DNA from: Mesotaenium endlicherianum
Taxonomy: Eukaryota
Direction: 5' to 3'
Length of the DNA stretch: 64,000 nt
Assembly: GCA_009602735.1 (NCBI GenBank)
Contig: WELA01000963.1
Location: 186,025 to 250,024 of the forward strand
The notes under the pieces are model-generated. The model had not been told where the DNA came from. It saw nothing but the letters and a program-made list of their open reading frames with translations, and ran no database searches. The translations under genes and the position numbers were made by a program. Below are positions 54,988-64,000 of the stretch, one piece after another. Positions within the stretch are counted from its first letter, which is position 1. The number at the start of each line of letters is the position of its first letter.

Positions 54988-57860
54988 ATGGCAGTCTCGT
55001 TCTCTCCAGTCGCCCTGAGTTGGACTGAAGTTCTCGACAAACTATGCACTGCGAGTAAGTTATCATCAGGGTGTGAACTTGATGGTCAACCATGCAGCTG
55101 GCTAGGGGATGGCTGTATATCGGTAAGGGAGTGCAGCGTGAAGTGGCCATTGAAGCAGCTGTCTCTGGTAAGCTGCAAACTGAAAGTAAAGAATTCATTG
55201 CAGTATCACAGGACCGGAAAGAGGGACAGGGACGGCATTGGAGCTTTTACTTACTCGACTTATTCCCATGGTTGCCGTGGAGTCTCGGGAAGTCATCTCG
55301 AAGCTTCGACAACATCACTTCCAGAACACCTTCCTACACCTCTTCTTGCCTCAACCAAGCCTGATATTGACGGAAAAGTAGAAAGCATAGCAAAGCAACC
55401 AAACGTTGTGATAACTGGGGGCACTAAAGGTTTAGGTTTCGCTATGGCTCGTGAATTTCTGCAAAGGGGCTACTCAGTAATCATTTGTGGTCGCAATGAA
55501 GAAAGGCTGGAAGCTGCAGTAGAACGCCTTGGTGGCGAATTTTTAGATGCCAAGATCTTTGGAGCAAAGTGCGATGTGTCCAGTGCCGATGATGTGACCG
55601 CACTTGGTACATTCATTCAAGAGCATGCTGGAACAGTGAAATACTGGATCAACAATGCAGGTTAGCTCAAATACTCTTCCTTGTACTCTTTGCTACGTCA
55701 TCACTTCTTCAGTAATGATCCACAGAAACCATCAAGGTAGAGAAGCCCCTGTCCAAACGGCCTCTCTAAATCAGGTCACAAAAGAGAAAGACAAGTTCAG
55801 AAAGACGCCATACCTGATTCCGTTTCACCTTTTGATTAAGAGCTTGCTGCTGCAGGGATGCTAGGGGAACGGAAATGATATACCTGGGCAACACATTAGC
55901 GTTGGCTTTATCGTGAGCCATTGTATCAAGGGTCAGGCTCTGTCACCTCCTGCTGCAAGTCAGGTAGTGAAAAAGTAAATTGCATCAGTATGTCAGAAGT
56001 TCTCAATACGAGGCAGAAGGTCAGCGATGTATCGCCTTTATGGCATGTGGGGTACTGTCCTTAATGGGTCCACTCGTAATATATCGTACCAGCAGGCTGC
56101 GCGTGGACAACCCAAGGCTATAGAATTGCTAACAGGGAAGTGACACAGGTGGGCGGCAGGAGAGGTTACGGCTAAGCAGCTGTTAACAGATATACCTGCA
56201 GCTGACATCATCCGTGTGGCAAGCACAAACGTTATTGGCACCCTCCTTTGCTGTAGGTATAAATCCCCCCTTCATTGAGCTCTAGACGTGCAAAATAAAG
56301 CATTCGTTTGCCTGACTCGTGAACTACATGCACGATGCACCCTGTGACCAGCTTGCTTTGTTTTCGTGTAAAACAAATCAAATTAACAGTGGTGTTTGTG
56401 TTCTGAAGTGGATGCGTCATCCTATTTGGTGTTCTTGATGTTCATTGCTCTAAGAATAGCTCTACATGTTTTGTGTTACTAACTGTATTGTTCTCAGTAA
56501 GTTCTTGCTTTACTACTCTTCTAATGTGCACAGCCCAAGTCATGGTTCACTTATGTCTTGTTTTATATGGTGCTTCTAAGACAACAAGGTATTGTGGAAA
56601 ATAAGGAGCTGCTTTCACGCCGAAGTTGATGCATGTGGTTGTTGTCAGAGGCTAATGTAGGGCCTCCCTCAATGTGTGAGCTGCAGGGAAGCGCTCAGGG
56701 TGATGACACAGCAGCCTGGCAGCAGTGCTGCAGACGAGCCCCTGTACCATATTTTTAACATGGGCTTCACCAAGTGGGGTGCTAAATTTACAAAGTCGGC
56801 ATGCACACACAAGTCCACTAAAGTTGCACTCACCCAGCTCACTGCTGCTCTCAACGAGGACCTCAAAGCTGCTGGTGATTCCACTCTCCCTACCAGCTAG
56901 GTGCAGTTACCAAGCGCCCGCATAGCTGTACAGATTTGGTTTTCGTCAATTTGGCTTTCTTTAAACTCTCTTTTTTGCTGTGCATGTATTTGGGTCTTCA
57001 CTCCTTACGTCGAGCCTGGCTCCATGCTCCAATGCAGACAGGTGTTTGGCCCCCAGCTCCAGGGGGATAAGGCACCTGCCGACCTGGGACATACATCTGT
57101 GATCTGGCAGGGGTGAAGAGCGTGGGTGTGCACAACCTGTCGCCGGGCCTGGTCCTCACGGATCTGCTGCTCAAAGACTCCACCCCCGGGGCGCGCCGCT
57201 TTTTCAACACCATTGCAGGTCGGCCTTCCTGTGCCTGCTTTCTCTTTTATAATCCGTTATCTCTTGCTTCCCCCTCCCACCTCCAGCCCAGGCTTTGAAG
57301 TCTCGACAAGTGCTGCTCCTCCCTGTACATTTATATTGCATCAAATTAGTTGTAACGCAGATGGCACGTGTCTCTACGGATTTTCTCTGCTTCGACTCTC
57401 GAAGTGATATGCAGCTCAGCACAGAAACAGTGGATTGTTATGACCGCCCTCTGCGTCACTTAGTCGGCACTTCCCTCGTGCAGTCCCTGGAGCACAGTGA
57501 GCTGGTGATGGGCATGGAGAAACAAAAGTTTTTGACATTTATTAGGTGCAGAATGCGTTGTCAGCAGTTCCGAAGTGGGTACAGTTCTGCTTACTGAATG
57601 TCTCGGAGCAAGTGTGTGTGATGTCTGCAGAGGAGGCAGACACGGTGGCTGCGGAGCTGGTTCCCAAGATACTTGCAGTGGAAGGCAGCGGAAAGAGCAT
57701 TGCGTATCTCTCACCTCTAGGGGCCTTCACAAAGGTCATCACCCGGGTGCCTCAGATCATCAATGGAGGGCGATTCTTTGATAAGGAGGGCAACAGAGTC
57801 GCACAGAACGGTGTTGAGTATGAGCCTAACGGGGTCCGCAAAGTCTTTACAGAAAAGTAA
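54988..57860 (+). CDS. Short-chain dehydrogenase/reductase, chlorophyll(ide) b reductase NOL/NYC1-like, with long N-terminal (possible plastid transit) extension
   Basis: Exons 54988-55660, 56160-56256, 56687-56874, 57111-57218, 57631-57860. Motifs VITGGTKGLGFAMAREFL, KCDV, WINNAG, STNVIGTLLCCREA, HIFNM, VHNLSPGLVLTDLL, FFNTIAEEADTVAAELVPKI are NOL-like. Confidence 0.85.
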
Positions 57861-59313
57861 GCGGTGCAAGGCCTCGACGCTTGGACGATGATAGATGAAT
57901 AATGAAAGTGCACACTTTGCACCGGAAAATCATATCAATGCGATTGACCCCCAAGTGTGCTTATTTCCTAGCTATATGCTGGAGAGCTGGACTGCTAGTC
58001 CTGTCTCTTTTGGAACCGACCTTTCTTCATGCAGATATCACTCGATACATCTATGCTGGCTGGCACTGTGGCTTTTGACTTCTCCCGGTTCAATGTCGTT
58101 GAGATTGATTTGGTGGATTTTCGACTGAGAGAAATTATAACCACGAGCCCTCGAGATCAGAGCATGTAAGCTCTCACAATGTTTGATAGTCACCCGCTTC
58201 TACATGTTCATTATTACACAGCCATAGCACATGACTATCTGAGTGGCACCTATAAGTTCTTAGGAATGACTTACAGTTCAGAACAATGCCCCAGGGGCTG
58301 TGTACTGAAGCCTTGTAGTTTAGACAAGCCAGCCGCTGTAAATCCACGAGCAAGTGCAGTCGGTCCACATGAGTAGCATATGCATGCAGAGAAAACAAAT
58401 ACAATTTCACAATTGATGCCCATACGAACACTAACTGTTCAAACAATGAAGGCCAACAACATCAGTCTCCACATGATGCACAACCTCGCAATGAGGTTCA
58501 GGCAGTAACACGAAGCGTCAGGCCAGCCCACACACTTCATGGTACGTTACCTTTGTGACAGTATACTTATCTGCACTTCATAAGCATGGCGTAACAATGT
58601 ACTTGGCGAGAAGGCCCACTCGGAGAGCTGCTCTCCCTCTTGGCAACTATACAGGACATCACCTGTCCTCCCAGGATTGCGTGGCAACTTGAAGTTTGTA
58701 AGAAGCATTTCCGTTAAAGAGCTCTCAAAGTGGACACTATCATAGGCTTCAATTGCCCATACAACGTCTCAATGCCAGCTAGGCTCAAATTACTATGACC
58801 AGCTTTGCCTGAATACGAAAAGTCCGAAAGTGATGTGCCATGCTTGAGGGCTGAGCAGGGATGACACACTCCGCCCGAGCCATGCAGTGTTGCTCGCAGC
58901 TTGACACCTGGACCTGCGGATCACGATAGTCAGTTGCGCATCAGCGCCAAGCTGCCAGTCTGAAATGACTCCTTGGACAGGTGGCATACAAACCACAAGC
59001 AAGCTTGTCCTCATCGCCCGGGTTTTCTTGTGGTCCTTGCGATGCTAGTGTGATACGAGTCGGCAAATTACAATCATCCTTGTACGGACCAAGAAAAACC
59101 TCTGCAGATGAAAGGGACCAACAAGGCCAGTCACATGATAGTGTCTGTATGCACAAGAAAAACTTCATAAGGACAAGCCATGGGGGCAGGCCCTTACATG
59201 CTCTCTGGAGGGTGTCACCTGACACCGTCATTTGCTCGTACCCACTATAGGGGAAGGCGTTCAGTGTGCACTGCATGTGGATATACACCAAGTTGAAGGC
59301 ACATATAGAAGTC

Positions 59314-59416
59314 TGTGTGTGTGTGTGTATTTGTATGTGTGTGTGTGTGTGTGCGTTTGTGTGTGTGTGTGTGTGTGTGTGTTTGTGTGTATGTGTGTGT
59401 GTGTGTGTGTGTGTGT
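59314..59416. repeat. Long imperfect (TG)n microsatellite
   Basis: About 100 bp of TG repeat with single-base interruptions. Confidence 0.95.
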
Positions 59417-59770
59417 ACGCGCGCGTGAGGTGGCTGTGTGTTCGCTGTATGATGACACATACATGTGCAGAAAATGAACACATGGAATACACAAATATAT
59501 TCTTATAGATATTAGGTATTACGAGACCTCTCACCCCCCGTGACGCTCGTCACCTTCACACGCCATGGCGAGACAGATGACCATGGGTGGGGGAGGGGGG
59601 CTTCTGCCTGACCTACCACACGTCTCAACAAAGAGCACAGAGGGAGCAAGGGGGAGGAACGCACACATGCAGCAGCAGCAACGGCGGTGTCAAGAAGAAG
59701 TGGAGTCAAGTTGGAGGAGCTTACCGACGGACAGATATAACGCGCGGCGCCAATTGCTCCCAATCTTGGG

Positions 59771-59771
<1 letters not shown>

Positions 59772-59804
<33 letters not shown>
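59772..59804. repeat. (CAG)n trinucleotide repeat
   Basis: About 11 perfect CAG units. Confidence 0.95.
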
Positions 59805-59806
<2 letters not shown>

Positions 59807-60106
59807 TATGCGGCCATCCAGCGGTCGCCCCTGTCAGGCTGCACCCCCTCCCTCTCCCTGGCCATGCCAGTGTGGCCTGCCACAGCAGCCAGCTGCTGAC
59901 AAGTGTCGCTTGCAAATTGCTGGCCGTTGAGGCCAGCAGGTGAGCGACTCCCTTTCCTCCTTGCTTTCCCCGCTCGGCGATCTCCTCTCAATGCGCTTTG
60001 CTCCCGGCTGTGCTGCTCTCGTGAGCCTGTGCCCTGCCAGCTGGCGTCAGCGGCTCCACCTGAGAGTGAGCCAGGGCCGGAGATGCTGCCAGCGAGCCTT
60101 TGTGCG

Positions 60107-63100
60107 CTACCTGCGGCGCTCCCTGCGCCTGCTGTGGGTGTGCTCAGCATGCCTGCGCTCATCAACCCTGCGTTCCTTCTCCTCCTCCTGCTCCACCTCG
60201 TCCTGCCTGTGCGGCCGCCTCCTGTGCTCCCGGCCTTCGCCTGCCCCGCTGCGCCACCTGGCGCTGGCCTGTCTCTCCTCCTCTCGCTCTCTTTGCCTGC
60301 TTCCAGCCGCCGGGCTCCTCGAGCCCCGCGCCTGCTGCCAGGTGGCGTCTGCCCTGGACCCGCAGGGCTCTTCGCCTGCGGTGTCGTGGCTCCTCCTCGT
60401 GCGGTCCTCCCTCTCACATCGTGAATGTGCGTGCGCATAGCTGGCGCTGCCGTGCACGGACAGAGAGCCAGACGCACTGATATACACATGCTCATACAAA
60501 TGTGCGCGTACATGGCTGCTAGCGTTGCATTGCATTGACCAAAGAGCAACTGTAATAGTGTCAGCCAGAGTCACTTGGCCGGAACGCTCACAAGTGCGAG
60601 TGAGGAGCGAAGTGGCACAAGCCAGAGACGGAAACGTGGGGCAGTACCTGCGGCTCGCCACCTTGACAGCACTCCTTGGAGGCGCCTCCCCCTCTCTGCC
60701 ATCCCCCCCCTTCACCTGCTGCTGCGGCTGCTGCTGCTGCTGCTGCTCCTGCCCGCACTTCTCCTCCTCCTGCTGCTGCTGCAGCGGTGACGGCTGCTGC
60801 TGAAAGCACCCAATTCCTCCAGCAAGCGCTATGGCCGCCGTGTGCTTCTCAATCATGTCGTGCAGAACCTGCGCAGCCAAAAAGCGCGCGCGATGTTACA
60901 CCGATAAGCGAGCATGTGAGTGAGTGTGTTAGAGAGAGAGAGAGAGAAGTGCAGGACAACATCCCGTCCCAGCGTCTTCTTTTCCCCAACTGACGCGCCT
61001 ACCCAGCTTTCCAGCTGCCACCAAAGCATGTATACCTGCAGGGGAGATCGCTTGGGGCGGCGGGAGCGGTACTTGAGGCGGCGCCGCTTCAGGTCCCTCT
61101 CCTGTGCCAACCTCTCCGCGTCCCTCCCCCCCCTGCCTTCGCCCTGCTGCCCCAACCCTCCCCACTTCATACCAGGGGTCAACACGTCTAGCTTCTTCTT
61201 GGGCAAGCACGGCAGACCAGACGGAGGCACAGCAGTTAGCGAGAGAGAGAGGGACAGGAACACCCACGCCTCACTTGTTTGTACTACACCTCATGAAGCG
61301 AGGGGAGGAGACATGGATGGAGCTAGAGCAGGAGCAGGAGGAGCATCAGGAGCATCAGCAGGGGGAGAAGGGGGAGCAGGAGGAGGAGCAGGTGCGGGAG
61401 CGGGAGGGGGAGGAGGAGGTGGGGGCACGTGCATTGGAGGGGCGGTGCCAGAGGAGGCCGTCATGCTGCACCAGCGGCTGCCAGTCGCTGCGCAGCGCGC
61501 GCTCCTGCGCCGCCTCGCGCTGCCACTTGTCGTACAGCTCCACTCTGCACGCTCCTCACGCCCGAGGGCCAGCGCGTCAGTCGAGCATGCTCGGCCCCGA
61601 GCAAGCAAGTCAGGGCTGTTCAGACGTCAGGGTGCCGTGCGCACCTGAACCTCTTCTGGCTAAGTGAGAATCGCACTGCCGGCGAGAAGCAAAGCTGTGG
61701 GGCGACGGTGTGCAGGGGATGCTGTCACTCCACGCTGATGCTCTAGTTTGGCACACACACTTTGACAGTGTGTGGTGGCATCCCCCCCCCCCTGAACTTA
61801 CTATGCCATCCCTCCCCCNNNNNNNNNNNNNNNNNNNNNNNNNNNNNNNNNNNNNNNNNNNNNNNNNNNNNNNNNNNNNNNNNNNNNNNNNNNNNNNNNN
61901 NNNNNNNNNNNNNNNNNNNNNNNNNNNNNNNNNNNNNNNNNNNNNNNNNNNNNNNNNNNNNNNNNNNNNNNNNNNNNNNNNNNNNNNNNNNNNNNNNNNN
62001 NNNNNNNNNNNNNNNNNNNNNNNNNNNNNNNNNNNNNNNNNNNNNNNNNNNNNNNNNNNNNNNNNNNNNNNNNNNNNNNNNNNNNNNNNNNNNNNNNNNN
62101 NNNNNNNNNNNNNNNNNNNNNNNNNNNNNNNNNNNNNNNNNNNNNNNNNNNNNNNNNNNNNNNNNNNNNNNNNNNNNNNNNNNNNNNNNNNNNNNNNNNN
62201 NNNNNNNNNNNNNNNNNNNNNNNNNNNNNNNNNNNNNNNNNNNNNNNNNNNNNNNNNNNNNNNNNNNNNNNNNNNNNNNNNNNNNNNNNNNNNNNNNNNN
62301 NNNNNNNNNNNNNNNNNNNNNNNNNNNNNNNNNNNNNNNNNNNNNNNNNNNNNNNNNNNNNNNNNNNNNNNNNNNNNNNNNNNNNNNNNNNNNNNNNNNN
62401 NNNNNNNNNNNNNNNNNNNNNNNNNNNNNNNNNNNNNNNNNNNNNNNNNNNNNNNNNNNNNNNNNNNNNNNNNNNNNNNNNNNNNNNNNNNNNNCCCCCC
62501 CCCCCAACACACAAATACGCAAGAGACGGAAATATACACAAGAATACGCCTACACATACGCATAAACTCACAGACACATGTGGGAGAGCGTGGGTGCGAG
62601 CATGTGCGTCCTCTGCCAGGAAGAAGAAGGCAGCCCACACGAGGCCTCTTCCCGTGGGGCCTTGCCAGGAAGAAATTAAGAAAAGAGAAGAAAAAGCAAG
62701 AGCTCAAGCTGCACATTCCCGTATAACCCCAGCCGGCAACAGACACTTGGCCGCTCTGCAGCCACAACAGGCTGCACACTCGCCGCGCTGCGGCCACTGT
62801 GAGCGCTTCATCATAAGCTTCCAAGCAAGATCTCACAAGGTGCGCCATACGTCTGTACGTCTCTCCGTCAGACCTTACTCGCTCACAGGCGAGAGGCCGA
62901 GCTTTCCTGTCCAGCTGGCTCCGTCGTGTCCTCTTGCATCTACCCACCCGTGGTGCGCGTGCGCAAGGCGAGCTTCCTGCAAGCTCCAGGCTGCTCACCA
63001 GCTTCACATGGGGGGCTCCTACGGGGGGCATCATAGACTTTTGTCCCCCCGTCTCCCACGTCCCGGTCTCTCCTCTCATGGAGGTGGAGACAACGAGGGC

Positions 63101-64000
63101 GACGTCAAGGATGATGATGATGATGATGATGATTTGGAGGAGGAGGAGGAGGAGGTCAACAGTACATATGCGCGTCGGAGTGCCAACCCAAACCTTGCCG
63201 CGAACATGCAACGTATCTCTGAGCACTCCAACTCAAATTCCAGTTTCTGAAGAGGGGCGCGAGTGGTAGCAAACCCCCGCGTGTTCTGAGGGGCTTGAAA
63301 CGAGGGCTATGGCTCAGGGCTTAGGGCCAGGGCATAGGAGCACTCGGCACGTACGAGACAGCCGCGTTGGAGTCGGGGCCGTGCAGGGCGCGATAGTCCC
63401 GCAGCGCCGCCAAGGCCTGCTCCACCTCCCGCATCTGCGGGGGCGGCGCAGCCGCACTCCACGACGTCTCTCCCTGCTGCTGCTGCTGCTGCTTCTGCTG
63501 CTCCTCCTGCTGCACCTCCTGCTGCTCCTCCTGCTGCGTCTGCTGCTGCTCCTGCCTCTGCTGCAGCTCCTGCTGCTGCTGCTGCTGCTTCTGCTGAGCA
63601 CTGCCACCACCACCAGGAGCCTCTCGTCCTGCACCCGGGAGGCTCTCGACCCCGCCAGCTGCCGCGTCGCTCTCTGCCCCTGCTGCACGCCCCTCGCCCT
63701 GCAGGCGGCCCCCAGAAAACCTACAAGTGGCGGCATCTGCCACCAGGTGCTTCAAGAAAGCCAGAGGGAGGTGGTGCGCCTGATCCGAGTCCGTTACCAG
63801 TGCCAGCTGGCCCGCCACCCACTGGGCCCCGCGGTGAAGCGCAGGGCATGGCACAGACAACCCTTCCCTCCGCTCCCCAGGATCGTCAGCCATCAAGTGG
63901 GCAGACGCCAAGAGAGCCGATGCTTCCTCTGCTGCGGCGCACACCCAGAGGCGCAACAGCACAGCCACGTGTTCTGCAAGGCGTGGCGGCAGGGCCTTGC
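60107..64000 (-). CDS. SNRNP48: U11/U12 snRNP 48 kDa protein-like (minor spliceosome); 5' part outside the window, 3' end uncertain
   Basis: Segments CPALHRGAQWVAGQLALV...LAFLKHLV, EVEQALAALRDYR (exon ending ~63355), WQPLVQHDGLLWHR (~61429-61544), LAQERDLKRRRLKYRSRRPKRSPLQ|VLHDMIEKHTAAIALAGGIGCF (61036/60868 junction). The last matches the recalled plant 48K motif LAEERDYKRRRMSYRGKKVKRTPRQVLHDMIEEY..EIRLAGGIGCF. Confidence 0.82.

Noticed and set aside
59232..59534. HTHT/VCVC-repeat ORFs here and in many introns, and long ORFs spanning N-gaps
   Set aside because: These are translation artefacts of (CA)n/(TG)n microsatellites and unresolved bases.
62594..63250. 218-aa + strand ORF and overlapping - strand ORF inside the SNRNP48 region
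   Set aside because: No recognisable domain; the acidic tract derives from (GAT)n/(GAG)n repeats; most likely intronic.

Overview
Eukaryotic, intron-rich nuclear DNA. The proteins are land-plant-like but the introns are GC- and microsatellite-rich, so a streptophyte green alga is the best inference. The draft assembly has N-gaps. I reconstructed ten spliced genes by hand: the 3' end of an alpha/beta-hydrolase (+), nicotinate phosphoribosyltransferase (-), U3 snoRNP WD40 protein RRP9/U3-55K (+), a pirin (-), cullin-1 (-), xylose isomerase (+), an F-box protein with an animal Fbs-type FBA domain (-), a GDT1/TMEM165 transporter (+), an unrecognised type-I membrane coiled-coil protein (-) and a NOL/NYC1-like SDR (+). 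An eleventh, the 3' part of the U11/U12 snRNP 48 kDa protein (-), is only partly resolved. No rRNA, tRNA, CRISPR array or recognisable transposon ORF was found. The most notable signal is a class of introns with a C-rich tract after the donor and a G-rich tract before the acceptor instead of a polypyrimidine tract. Others are active-site substitutions in the pirin (Glu->Gly) and the SDR (Tyr->His), the Fbs-like F-box protein, and an orphan eRF3 exon inside another gene. Family assignments rest on recalled motifs, not database searches.
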